Counted from the whole stretch's first letter, positions 25,325-37,949 are shown. The stretch: 63,756 nt of DNA, filler included, from Folioceros fuciformis (GCA_049999805.1; 20 parts of 20 records of this genome joined end to end with filler, not necessarily neighbours in it); one strand, 5' to 3'. The notes: generated by a model not told the origin, from the letters alone. Numbers and translations are program-made.

Positions 25325-27748
25325 AGTCATGCTAACAGGTTTCACTCCTAGCAACTTTACGGGCTTGATATGCTTCTGCTGCACAGGAACATTATACACT
25401 TGTTCTTTCCAGAACGGGAAGTTAGTACCATCTAACTTCTCGATATTGAACATGAAGTTTTCTGAGGACGTCATGATTTAAAATTGATGCAAATCAAGCG
25501 AAGGGCTAGTTAGAAACTATCGAAATGTAATGTAGATTTTGATAGTTACCCTCACACCTCCTTGTTCTGAATTGGCTATCACAACTTGTAGACCCCGGTC
25601 ACTCGCGACTACAGTGTTCCGTCGTCCGATCGAGATCCCGATGCCTTGCGGCTGGGATCAGTTTGGCACCCGCGTCCGTGCCGCTTCGGCGCCCACTCTT
25701 TGGAGCCCACGCTCCAGCGTCCGCGGCATCCTCGTCCAGCGGCACCCCGCGACCTCGCCGCACCCCGGCACCCACGGCCGATAGCTAGGGGGCTTGCGTC
25801 AGGCGGCGCCCGCGAGCCTGGTGCTTAACGCCTGCACCCGTGCCTTGCTCGCCGGGCACATAGGGCCTTGCACCCCCTCAGCGGGGCCTAGTGGCCCACA
25901 CGACCCGGCGGCCGGGGCAAGCAGCCCGCGCGGCCCGGAGGTCGGGGTTGGCAGCTTGCACGGCCGAGCGACCCCGAGGCTGGGCGCCTGTGGCGCCCTC
26001 CTGGCACCTACGCCTGCGACGCCTGTGTGCCCGTGCCTGGCACGACCCGGTGCCTTGGCGTGACCCGACGCTCAAGCGCCTTGCGTCTGTCCTCCCGCAA
26101 CCTAGGCGCCCCGCGCCCCGTGGCCTAGTGTCGCTCCCACTTCTAGCTCCCGCTCTTGCTCCGCGCTATCTTGAGCTCCTAGCTCCTGCTGCCTAGCTCG
26201 CGCTCTTGCTCCGCACTGTCTTACATGGCGGGGTTGAAGACCCCTGCACCTCGGGATGCTGCATAAGGACCCCTGATGCCGAATGTGTCTTCACTCACTC
26301 CGGTGCACTATTCACAGGCTTGCGCACCTTGTCCGCAGCACCTAGAGCCATCACCCTCTTGCTCCACAATCCATGCTCTGATACCAGTTGAAGGATCGCT
26401 AGAGGAGCCACATGGTGAAGGAGGAGAGAGGAAAAAGAGAGGTCACTCTCTCACAATGTCTCTCTTGCAAGGGAACTTAAGGGGGTATTTATACCTTCTA
26501 GGAGAGCTCCCAAAGAAGCTTCACAAGAAGCGCATAGGAAGGTGCCCAAGAAGCTTCCTACATATTATCTTAAGTTAATCTAAATGAATGATACTTAACT
26601 AGACACTAATCTTAGACTAAACACAATAGTCAAAGCACATTGGGCTTTAATAACCCTACAGCCCTCACGTCCCAGAGCTGAAGGAACTTTTTGCCATGTC
26701 ATCGGGGCAGTGCCTATAGGCTCAATGCTAAGCAAATCCAGACGTGTTTGTACCTGAACCTGGACCCTTGGATAACAATGGCCGGCGACCTCATGAAGCA
26801 ATGGGAACTGGGAATCTTCCAGTTCCCCTGGGGGATCAATTCCCCGTCACTGTCCAAGAATTTGCTAAGACCATGTTGCAGTGCACCTGCGGGAAGGTGG
26901 CCTCTGCCAAGGTTTGGGCCTCTGGACAATCTAGGTGATGCACGAGATGTACAAGAGGCCAGCGGAGGAGTAGAGTGGCTCTACCTCAATTCTCAGCACA
27001 ACAAGGACATGGTGAAGGAGGTAGTGGCTGCGCTCCTACATGAGTACTTCGCCAATACCACCAACGGGTAGTTAATCCATGATATCTTGGACCCCTGGAT
27101 CAGGGGAGTGGCCTGACTCATTGTCAATTGGCTCCCTGTGACTAAGACGGACCACATCGCGGACAGAGTACTTCTCCTCCTTTATGGGCTTGCCAGGGTA
27201 CCCCAGTCGACTAGGGAAAGGTGGTGGCACATCGGATTCAATCCGATGTCAGAAAGCTCAGGCAGAGAAAACTCCTACTTCGGGGTTGTCTCCTTCCCTT
27301 TTCCATATTTAAGATCACTATAAGGTCTTGACGGATTCAGAAAAGGCGTCCCTAGCCCGACTACCTCCTGCCCCTACTCCTTTTGATGTCACTCCATCCC
27401 AAGCTCCCAGGAAGAAGACTTCAGTATCGACCACCCAGCCCAAGGCTATTACTACAGCTCCGGTACCTCTACCAATTTCGGAGCCCTCTAAAGACAGCCG
27501 CGGAGCCGCACCAACCTCACCCTCGATGGCCTCAGCTCCCAATTCCCCAACTAATCGGCCTTTGAAGCGAAAAGCAGAGGAACCCTCCGTTCAGGCGCCG
27601 CAAACCAAACATTGGACCATTTGAGCCATGTCCACAACAGGTAGATGGATTTCGCCACCCACCAACTTGGACCTGGAGGACCTCTTGGCCTGACACTAGC
27701 AACAAGACTTGCGCTAAGAACCAGAGAGGAGCAGACCGTGTTGATATT

Positions 27749-30095
27749 TGTTATCAACTGGCACATGACCTTAGGCGCAGCTGACCACAAAGCATGTAGA
27801 CTTGCATTAAGGAAAAACAAGAAAGCAAAATAAAGTATATAGTCTAGCAACCTGAAACGGTATGTAACCGCCACTAACCCTAAGTGGTAGCAATGTTTAC
27901 TTAGGTCTAAATAATACCTTTAACACTCCCACTCATTGCCAACCAGCTTAGTGAGGTTCATGCATTTACAAGTTAATCGAATTAACAACCAACTGGAACC
28001 CTAAACCCCAAGTCTACATAGGGTTTCTCAGAGCTCCTTCACTCGTGCAATTGCACCGACAGAGTCTTCAAGTACCAGGACGCTCCTTGAAGCTTGCATC
28101 TCCAACCTTAGAACCCTATAGCCAAAAGAATCAGCTAGGCGAACTGAGGTGGAGCAGGAGCGACCATAAGCGTCCCAATTCAGATCTTAGACTCAGAGAC
28201 TAGCGACTCTGAAGCAGCTCTCTTCAACCAATAGATCCAGCTCCTTGATGTGAGACACTTGGCGTCGGAGGGGAGTCAAGTTGAAGACATGGGCGCTGCT
28301 CCCACTGCCTCCAACAAGTTTTGCGAGTATCCTTTGCCAATTCTTGCTCCAAGATATCCAACTTTGGAAGAAAACTGAGCTATGTGCATCTGCCCTGAGC
28401 GTCTGCCACACTGTCCTTGGCATGGGCAAACACCCAAGTGGCTTCACATGTGCAGACGAGAGAGCCGCCGCATGAACAGATATTAGGAGGACTGGATAAA
28501 CAAGCTGGAGCAGCAAGAGAGTGAGCTCAAGAGGGAACTGGAGGAGTGAAGGATGTGTCACAACCCAACTGCTCACTCTGCTGATCAAATTCCTAAACCC
28601 GAGACTCCTGTCCTGCCTAATTTCATTTCATCTTGTGGTCCCCTTGACAGTGCTATTCTACCTCAGGGAAGAGAGACAAAGATTGTGTTGCCCACGAGAA
28701 ACAGAGGGAGAACTTTTTCCTTGCCAAGAGGCCACCCTAACAAGACGGTGAGGTTGATCTCCGACGGTGACGGTGTAAACGACCCTCTAACTCCAAAGAT
28801 GTATATATGTGCTGAGACAGGAATAGCCATGAAGAGGAAGGAGTGGTACAGGTGGGGAGGTTCTAGCGGGAACTTTATATCCTTTTATGGTAAGCAACTT
28901 CAGAACTCTAAGGCCTCCCACTCTTGTTGTGGTTTAGAGAAGGACTAAATGGCTTACTCTGAGATACTAATTGTGCGTGTGTGTCACTTGCAGTTTCCAG
29001 GGACAGACCAAATGAGGACGCAGTGATACCCTATGCAACTGAAGACAAGGACACTGAAGAGGAACCAGAACATGATTTCAACTCCAACTACCTCGGGATA
29101 CTAAAAGCAAGGGGGAAAGAAAGGAGATCGTTGTTCTTTGACGGAACAAGCTCTGGATCTGAAACTCCCTAAGAACTAAGAGCATAATTACCCTACTGGT
29201 AACACACAAGAGTCAGTCACTCCTCAAACAGACATTTCAATGCTACTAGAGCCTAAGACTCCTAGCATCTCCTTAAATAGGTTGTGCATTACCTTAGGAA
29301 GGGCTTTTGTGAGCAGGTCAGCTGCATTAGATTATGTTGGTATGTACTCAAGACAGATCTGACCTGAAGCAACTGCATCACGAATGAAGTGGTGTTGAAC
29401 TTCAATATGTTTTGTCTATGCATGAAAGACCGGGTTCTGAGCCAGGGTAAGTGCAAACTGATTGTCGCAGTAAATTAACATTAGTTGAGTCTACTCCTGT
29501 CCCACATCCTTGAGTAACCTTCTCAGCCATATGCCCTCCTTTGCAGCTTGAGTGAGAGTAGAGTATTCTGCCTATGTAGAGGATAGAGATATTGTGGATT
29601 GTTTCTTAGATGACCAGGTAACCACGCAACCAGCTAATAAGAAGACATAGGCCGACACCAACTTTCTTGTGTCATGGTCTAATGCCCAATCGGCATCACG
29701 ATAGCCAGTCAGTGTAAGAAAATCCTTGGATGACTTCTGTTTTGAGTAGTGTATCCCATGTTTACTGGTACCTTGCAGGTATCTCAAAATACGTTTTGTT
29801 GCTAACCAATGTATTTGTCCAGGGTCCTTCAAGAATTGAGAGGCCATACCTAGTGGAAGGGAGATATAAGGTCTCGTATGGTTAGAGCAAAAGATCAAGG
29901 AGCCAATAGCTTGAGAATACGGTACGCTCATCATCTGGTCTTTCTCTAAAGTAGTTTGAGGTGACTGCTCTTTCAGTAGCTTACTGCCGCCCTCCATAGG
30001 GGTTAAGGCAGGTTTAGCATCCACGAGCTTGTACTTATGCAGCATATCAAATATGTACTTTTCTTGGTGTACAACTAAAGTGCCTTGTTGAGGAT
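27749..30095 (-). mobile_element. Copia C 3' part: RT/RNase H about 29250-30095, PPT 27926-27935, 3' LTR 27749-27925
   Basis: PYSQAIGSL, KRILRYLQGT, DADWA, WSSKKQ, KHIEVQHHFIR; TGAGTGGGAG|TGTTAA...ATAACA. Confidence 0.85.
28118..29172 (+). pseudogene. Two-exon antisense accessory gene inside Copia C (exons 28118-28889 and 28994-29172; about 316 codons; six nonsense codons)
   Basis: Single frame without frameshift; GTAAGC donor 28890, TACTAAT branch 28965, TTGCAG acceptor 28993; phase-1 splice joins in frame; CICPERLPHCPWH motif and coiled-coil segment. Confidence 0.65.
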
Positions 30096-31671
30096 TGTTA
30101 GGGCATAAGCTTAACGTTGCTTAGGGTTAGGGTTATGTTATAACCAATTAGGGTTTGTATGTACAGAGGGCACTTAGTGAAGGGTTACTTAGTATATAAG
30201 AAGTAACACTTGTTCAATTTATGTAATGTATTATTCTGAATAGAAATATGCTTCTATTCCCTTATATATAAAAGTATGGATTTATGTGATCATGGTATCA
30301 GAGCACCGCTCTTGATTTCCATCTTAAGGCAATGACCAAAGTATGACGGGAAATTGAAGTATATTTATTAAAGGCTGATGTTTAGTGTTCAGGAAGAGCA
30401 ATAGGAACTTTAGCAAAATCCAGCAATAGGAACTTTAGCAAAATCCCACAATTATTCTAAATAACTGGGAGTTTCTGCTGAAGCCAAGGGTACTCTTCCT
30501 GCACACAATTGTCAGAAATAATAATAATAAAAAATGATGAGGAAATTATGACAGCAATTCCTAAATTCCTAATTCCTGGAAAATGCCTTCTCGATCTGAC
30601 AGGGTGAATAGATCTGCAAATGACAGAGACAGGCGTTAGTCTACTCCCAAAGATCTCGAGAAAGACGGCAGCCCTATCTACACCCCCACAGATCTAGGAC
30701 GAGAAGAGCATCAAGAAATTGCAGCATTATTTCTAGACAATTCTCCAAGATTACCTGAGATTCTTGGAGCATACAGAGTACTAAGTGACAGACTTGCCAG
30801 CACTAAAGAAATCCTACTAAGACTCCTTGCCAGATAGGGTTTGAATGCGGCACAGTTGTACATACAAGTCACTGATAGGATAGATTCTTTTTCAACAAAA
30901 ACCAACGGACCACTGGAAATGCTCACCCAAGAGCGCTCTCTCATTTGATGGAAGTTGTATGAAGTTTGAATCGTCGGGACACAATAATCTCTGCTGTGCA
31001 ACCTGCTATTACATTGCATTTGCCTACTCTGCTTCTTGATCTTGCGAGGCAGGACGCAGAAAAGTGATCAATTTTCTGCAATAGGAGCCAGTGGCGGCCC
31101 AGATGCCAAGCATCGTGGTCAGTGGCTGTTCGCAGGAAGAGGTGCCTCCATGCAATGCACCTTTCCTGCTCCCCTGACACTTCGCCAACATCAACTGTCA
31201 CAGAGTTGGTTAGTTAGGGTTTCTTTCAAAACTCATGAATAGAAAACTAACAACTAAAGCAACATTTCATACTCACCGTTTTGTTTTGACTTGAACAATA
31301 TCATCTAGAATGCCTGTAGGCTAGTGCCATTGTTGGCTCTTGTCCACACGCATGACAGAAACTTCTTCTACGTCTCACAAGGATGGTTATACCTTGTCCC
31401 TAAGCAGCTCTAGCTCAAAAACAGATCTTCAGGATCCCCTTGTCGATCTCCTTGCATAGCAACTTAACACACTTAGTATAGTGCCCATTTCTTTTCAAAT
31501 GATGGGAACTATTCCACCTCCTCCTCCTCCTCCTGGCTACAATAGCCCAACCTTCACATCTGAATTGAAAGAAAAAGACAGGTTCAATGGGCAGAAGTAT
31601 GAAGTCTGGAGAGTTAGAATGAAATCTAAATTGCTAGCCAGAGGTGTATGGGGCATAGTGGATGGGGCTAT
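30096..31671 (+). mobile_element. Copia D 5' part: LTR 30096-30292, PBS 30293-30304, 1.2-kb leader, gag start about 31499
   Basis: TGTTAG...GATCA then TGGTATCAGAGC; KEKDRFNGQKYEVWRVRM gag; inserted into RT of Copia C. Confidence 0.85.
30583..31242 (+). pseudogene. Decayed extra ORF (about 220 codons) between PBS and gag of Copia D
   Basis: One frame from ATG 30583 to TAG 31242, with five internal TAG/TGA/TAA and no frameshift. Confidence 0.45.
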
Positions 31672-33163
31672 TGTGGAGGCAAAACCCCGGGCACTGATTA
31701 CCGATGGGTTCCACCTTTAGTGGCCACACTTATTCCACTGTCGTTGAGACATTGGGTTCCGTTCCCACGAAGGAGCGATGGGGTTCCTTGCTGCTGTGCA
31801 TGGAGGGTCGGACTCAATCGACTCGATGATGGATTCGAGGGCTCCCCTCTAGCTTCGATTAAGCGTAGGACAGGCCTCGCTGTCCAGCGGTCAGCTGCAC
31901 CTCTCTCGGTGCCCACAAACTCACTCCAGTCACTACAACGACCCTAACCTTTCAAATCTGCGACTTCCCTCACTCACTTCACTCGCTCTCTCACTCCAGC
32001 ACCAACACCAGCAACTAAAAACGACACCACTACTTCTACACTTCCCTACTGACTCCTCCTACTCGGCAAGAGTCACTGGACTAACCCCAAAGAAAAGAAA
32101 GAAGGGAACACACTCCCCTTTCGGATATCTCCTCCCCACAACCTTACCAGACGCCATGAAGCCGGCCTATAGCACTTGTCCAAACAGGGAACAAGAGTGG
32201 ACAGGTCGAGAGAAATACACATCCTTTACAATCAAGAGCTAGGGGCAAGCCCCTCTACCCTAGTCATTACACCTTGTGATCCTACCAGACACTGTACAAC
32301 CGGCAACACACGGCTTGCGATCCTACCGGACGTTGCACAGCCGACAACACAATGTAGGTCCTAACCCAAGCAGGGACAGACCACAAGAGCTCATGTAGAG
32401 AGTACCTCCAAGAGCTCACGAAGTGACAGACTGACTCCCAAAGTGAATGACTACCTCCTCCTACAGGCTCACCTGATCTAATAGGAGCCTCTCTCTCTCT
32501 GACTTCGCCTCTCTAACTTGACAAATATTATTTTAATAGGACCACTAGCCTAGCCGGCTGTCACCAGCCACTTATTTAGACTTCTAGCACATCCTACCAC
32601 CAATGAGCTGGCCCTACCACCACAAGGATCTACCACCTCTTAGACTATCCTGAGACTTCAGAGGATGTCTGATCTTCAAAGATCTGCAGACGCCGCCTCT
32701 TCCTTGCTGGATGGCCGCCCGCTAAGTCTTTCCCTACAACTATTCACCCTTGGTGGCTGAGCCAGTCTCTAGGGGAGGAGTATGAGTAGTGGGAAAGATA
32801 GAGAGGAGGTAAGAAGCAATGGGATCAACAGCCGGAACCTAGCCTGAAAACAGTAGCTTATTCAGCGGAATCTGCTTCCAGCCAAAATGGTTCCTCGGCC
32901 ATGGAAGACTGACCCTGGGGTGCTGGAATAGGCCCCAGACTAGGAGGAGAAGAAAGCAGGTGAAACAGAGTTGAATTGGAATTTCTAGAATTAAATCTAG
33001 AAAAATAGGGGTGAAAATAGAAAAGGGGAAATTAGGAAAATAAAAAGAAAAGAAATACAAGGCTACGTATATGGTATACATATCTAAACCATATAAAATA
33101 CAAGGGGGGTACGTATATGGACCGTATACAGTCCCTAAAACAGATTAGGGGCCAAAGGGAGGG
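31672..33163 (+). mobile_element. Large LTR (TGTGGAGG family) inserted in Copia D gag
   Basis: Sharp junction at GCTAT|TGTGGAGG; same terminus at 1-68, 33852 and 34445. Confidence 0.8.
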
Positions 33164-33263
33164 NNNNNNNNNNNNNNNNNNNNNNNNNNNNNNNNNNNNN
33201 NNNNNNNTTAATTAATTAANNNNNNNNNNNNNNNNNNNNNNNNNNNNNNNNNNNNNNNNNNNN

Positions 33264-33560
33264 AACCTCAGTCTGACCTAACCCTAATCCAAGCCTGACC
33301 TAGACCTAACCTAGGTCTGACCTAAACCTAATCTAAGCCTGACCTACTTGATCCAGGCCTGACCTAGACCTAATTCTGATCGCAGCCTAACCAAAGCCTA
33401 ACTCTAACCTACCNNNNNNNNNNNNNNNNNNNNNNNNNNNNNNNNNNNNNNNNNNNNNNNNNNNNNNNNNNNNNNNNNNNNNNNNNNNNNNNNNNNNNNN
33501 NNNNNNNNNNNNNGACCTAATTCTGATCGCAGCCTAACCAAAGCCTAACTCTAACCTACC
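33264..33560. repeat. Degenerate short-period (CCTAA/CCTGA/CCTAG) repeat
   Basis: gacctaaccctaatccaagcctgacctagacctaacc iterations. Confidence 0.65.
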
Positions 33561-33851
33561 TCTGCACCTAATTGCCCATTACCCCCCTTGGACACCGCTG
33601 GTTGCCCTCTATCCAACATTGTCAGCCTCTCCCAACTAGCAAGAATCCGGAGTGCTCCTCAACACTCTCCTCTCCTCTCTCAGATTATCCCTTTCCCTTC
33701 GATCAACTTGCAACCCTTCAGAGTCTCCCTCTTCTTTCAATCTTGCCACCCCCATCCTGACCAACCACCCCCCATGCTGCTGATCAGGAGGCCCATGACC
33801 CGGCCTAGCTGCCCGTCCAGTACCCCTGAGGAAGCAAGCTAACAAGCAAGC

Positions 33852-33990
33852 TGTGGAGGCAAAACCCCGGGCACTGATTGCCAACGGGTTCCACCTTTAG
33901 TGGCCACACTTATCCCACTGTCGTTGAGACATTGGGTTTCGTACCCACGAAGGAGCGATGGGGTTCCTTGCTGCTGTGGATGGAGGGTCG
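33852..33990 (+). mobile_element. TGTGGAGG-family LTR terminus
   Basis: Near-identical to 31672 onward. Confidence 0.8.
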
Positions 33991-34188
33991 NNNNNNNNNN
34001 NNNNNNNNNNNNNNNNNNNNNNNNNNNNNNNNNNNNNNNNNNNNNNNNNNNNNNNNNNNNNNNNNNNNNNNNNNNNNNNNNNNNNNNNNNTCGATATGCT
34101 ACTGCTAGACTATACTAATTTCAAGTACTTTCTTTACTCCCACTTAGGCTTGCTGGCAACATATCAAAAAACTTTTTCTTTTCTTCTT

Positions 34189-34444
34189 TCAATTCGAACC
34201 TATTGATAGTTCGTGACTTGAACTTGCTGGCGCCTGTGTGACTTGAACGACACCTAGACCAGTTGTGTGCCTCGCATGTACACTCTTTCCTAATGCCTTT
34301 GTAAGCTGATCAGCAATATTTTCAATGGTGTTTACATAATTTAATTCAATAACTTTGTCCTCGACTGCCTTGCGGATAAAATGTTGTTTGACTTCTATGT
34401 GCCTCGTTCTGGAATGTGCAATAGGGTTTCTTGCAATCGCCATT
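34189..34444 (-). mobile_element. Copia RNase H C-terminal fragment
   Basis: AIARNPIAHSRTRHIEVKQHFIR...NIADQLTKAL. Confidence 0.85.
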
Positions 34445-34603
34445 TGTGGAGGCAAAACCCCGGGCACCGATTGCCAACGGGTTCCACCTTTAGTGGCCAC
34501 ACTTATCCCACTGTCGTTGAGACATTGGGTTTCGTTCCCACGAAGGAGCGATGGGGTTCCTTGCTACTGTGGATGGAGGGTCGGACTTGATCAACTCGAT
34601 GAT
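34445..34603 (+). mobile_element. TGTGGAGG-family LTR terminus inserted in Copia RNase H
   Basis: Near-identical to 31672 onward. Confidence 0.8.
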
Positions 34604-35069
34604 NNNNNNNNNNNNNNNNNNNNNNNNNNNNNNNNNNNNNNNNNNNNTTAATTAATTAANNNNNNNNNNNNNNNNNNNNNNNNNNNNNNNNNNNNNNNNN
34701 NNNGTGCACACCTGATCCATCATTCTCTAGCTTGAGCATATTTATCGTGACTTCAATTTTCATCTACTACGGTTTCAGATTCATGAACGATTACAAATGA
34801 TTGCAAAGGAATTGTATCACTAAGCACACATGGCTTGTGCTCTAGAGAGTCGCATGCAGCTTGAAGCTCATGTATTTGATAAAGGCCGGACCATAGGTGT
34901 TGCTTACTGGAGTGCAGCTTGAAGCTCATGTATTTGATAAAGGCCGGACCATAGGTGTTNNNNNNNNNNNNNNNNNNNNNNNNNNNNNNNNNNNNNNNNN
35001 NNNNNNNNNNNNNNNNNNNNNNNNNNNNNNNNNNNNNNNNNNNNNNNNNNNNNNNNNNNCATGAATATC

Positions 35070-35195
35070 GCGCATACTTCTAGCTAAGTATAAATATCAC
35101 ACATACTTCTAGTTAAGTCTAAGCATAATTATCGCACATCCTTCTAGTTAAGTCTAAGTATAAATATCACACATACTTCTAATTAAGCCTAAGAC
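35070..35195. repeat. About 30-35 bp tandem repeat (cacatacttctagttaagtctaag) x4
   Basis: Direct inspection. Confidence 0.7.
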
Positions 35196-36566
35196 ATTTA
35201 AACATCCAAGGATGCAAACCACGCTTAAAGTCCTCACTATTTGTTCAAGGTTTAGATCATCAAAAGAAAGATAGAGACTAGTCAAGATGAACTCATATTT
35301 TGACTACAAAACTATGCAAAACAGGGTTCAAAATGATAAAAATGGACTTTTTATACAAAATTATAAAAATAGGGAAAATAATTATAGGACCTTGAGGTGT
35401 TGGTGCACACCATGTCTCTAAAAATGAGATTTTTTTGGGTTCTTTTGCTCTTTATTAGGATGTTTTTGATCATTATGCACTTAAGATGTGTGTTAGCCAA
35501 CTTATGGTGTGCACAAGTGCACACCTGATCCATCATTCTCTAGCTTGAGCATATTTATCGNNNNNNNNNNNNNNNNNNNNNNNNNNNNNNNNNNNNNNNN
35601 NNNNNNNNNNNNNNNNNNNNNNNNNNNNNNNNNNNNNNNNNNNNNNNNNNNNNNNNNNNNGTGCACACCTGATCCATCATTCTCTAGCTTGAGCATATTT
35701 ATCGTGACTTCAATTTTCATCTACTACGGTTTCAGATTCATGAACGATTACAAATGATTGCAAAGGAATTGTATCACTAAGCACACATGGCTTGTGCTCT
35801 AGAGAGTCGCATGCAGCTTGAAGCTCATGTATTTGATAAAGGCCGGACCATAGGTGTTGCTTACTGGAGTGCAGCTTGAAGCTCATGTATTTGATAAAGG
35901 CCGGACCATAGGTGTTNNNNNNNNNNNNNNNNNNNNNNNNNNNNNNNNNNNNNNNNNNNNTTAATTAATTAANNNNNNNNNNNNNNNNNNNNNNNNNNNN
36001 NNNNNNNNNNNNNNNNCGGCATGTCTGCTCCCAATTCGGCCGGCTCATAGGACCACACGCGTGGAGGACACAAACTCTTGCGGAGCCGAGGGAGGCAAGA
36101 TGACCGTGCCCCGAGGCGTGCAGTAACTAATGAGCATACTGATGCCCTGTAGAGCGATATGATTATAAGCGAAACGTGCCATCTACCACACGATCCATCG
36201 TCTTGACGAGATGCAGGGCCACAAAGAAAGTACAACTCTCGTTCGTGGTCACTCTCTGCCGTCTGTCCAACGTCGGTTATTTCGCTGCACTAAAATCCTT
36301 GAGAGTATTCTTTTTGTCTTTTGTATAGGACATGATGCAATTAAAATTCATTGCATACAAATTGGGAAATGTACCGACATAACAGCAGCCCAAATCAACT
36401 TCAACGATTTAGATAACACGCGTATGCATTGTTTAACGAACAGATGAAGATGTAGTGTACAACACAGACCCAACGGCTTTACGCTTCCTTCGTTTGGTCT
36501 CCTCATTTAACCCGCCATAGCGGGTGCTTCGAACAACCCTCAGAACTTGGCCAGAGATGATCCGAA

Positions 36567-37949
36567 TCAATCCACGTGTTGGGCAGGCACTGCCGCGCCT
36601 ACCGGGCGCCACGCAGCCGAGGGCCTTGCAATCACTATTTCTTCCTCAGGAAACATAGCCTTGATAATCCCGGGAGTCCTCAAAATCCTACGTCCAGTCA
36701 TGAGAGGGTACACGTCCTCCAGAAAGTAATATGCGTGTCCAGCAACCATGCCCTGCAGAATGCCCTCACGAAACTACTTTTAGTGGTGAGACAGAGGAAA
36801 GGAACAAGTTTGCACGCCAGCTTGTAAAACGCCAGCTTGTAAAGAAAGAAAAAACAGTGACTCACCAGGAGATCAACCCATGGTTTGCTGCCAACCATGA
36901 TTGAGAAGCCCAACAGAACCTGCACGAAGCCCACACAGTGAGTCACGACAATGTGCATGCAGCCAATACTGGCCTCGTTGAANNNNNNNNNNNNNNNNNN
37001 NNNNNNNNNNNNNNNNNNNNNNNNNNNNNNNNNNNNNNNNNNNNNNNNNNNNNNNNNNNNNNNNNNNNNNNNNNNNNNNNNNTGAGTCACGACAATGTGC
37101 ATGCAGCCAATACTGGCCTCGTTGAACAGAGAATGCTGCTGATAGCCGAGCTCTGGCGGAAAGGCATTGTGAAAAAAGGTAGACTAACCCATGGAAGGTA
37201 AGGTGCTGTAAAACTGAAGAGACCAAGGAAACTCATTTGGACATGGGGATTGCGCTTGCTCCAAACGTACACCTGTAGAACAAAGAACCAAAGCTTCAGA
37301 CCCACTTACTAGCAGACGGCAAGCTTAGTGTGAACAAGTCAGGTCTCAATTGCTTAAGGGACCACGTACCATCATGAATGTGAGGGAGCTGCTCAAGAAC
37401 ACAATTCTGGCAAAATGAGAAAACCATGGAAGTGCACATCCCGCGACCACCATGAAAGTCAACAAGGTGGCTCCAAAGAGAAGCATGAAGAAGAAGTCTG
37501 CTGTTCGACCTCGAAAAGAGGTTTCCTCAAGAAGCTTGCAATATCGTGCAAGGAAGAACATGTGAAAAAGGAAATCCAGATCTGTTGTACAAAGGGATTA
37601 CAATGAGGCGCTAAGGGGAAAGCAGCACGACATCAAGGTACCTACTCCAGAAGTCTGGAACTGTAAGTAAATCAACTTGGATACGGGTATACGCCTAAAA
37701 AAAACAGTACGTACAGGAAAGAAACAGACCACCGACCGTGACTGGTTACTAAGATCTAGACAAGACTGCAATGCCCNNNNNNNNNNNNNNNNNNNNNNNN
37801 NNNNNNNNNNNNNNNNNNNNNNNNNNNNNNNNNNNNNNNNNNNNNNNNNNNNNNNNNNNNNNNNNNNNNNNNNNNNTCACAAGTCTCCAAACTTCATATT
37901 GCTTCACGACAAGCGTGGGATTCAAGTACAATTGAAGAAAGGAAATGAC
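36567..37949 (-). CDS. DER2: Derlin-2 (ERAD), lacking exon 1; exons 37878-37949 (partial), 37370-37581, 37189-37272, 36866-36919, 36567-36752
   Basis: [86 protein letters not shown]; canonical GT-AG boundaries. Confidence 0.93.

Larger units (their letters stand above)
19017..26660 (-). mobile_element. Copia B (host): 5' LTR 26389-26660, PBS 26375-26386, GC-rich leader, gag from 25474 split by Copia A
   Basis: TG...CA LTR; TGGTATCAGAGC; gag IEKLDGTNFPFWKEQ...MT rejoins *DEW*DLDELARSTIML across the AGTCA TSD. Confidence 0.85.

Noticed and set aside
25539-26391. Pro/Ala/Arg-rich ORFs
   Set aside because: By-product of the GC-rich Copia B leader
33264-33560. True telomere
   Set aside because: Degenerate 5-6-mer units, not a (CCCTAAA)n array
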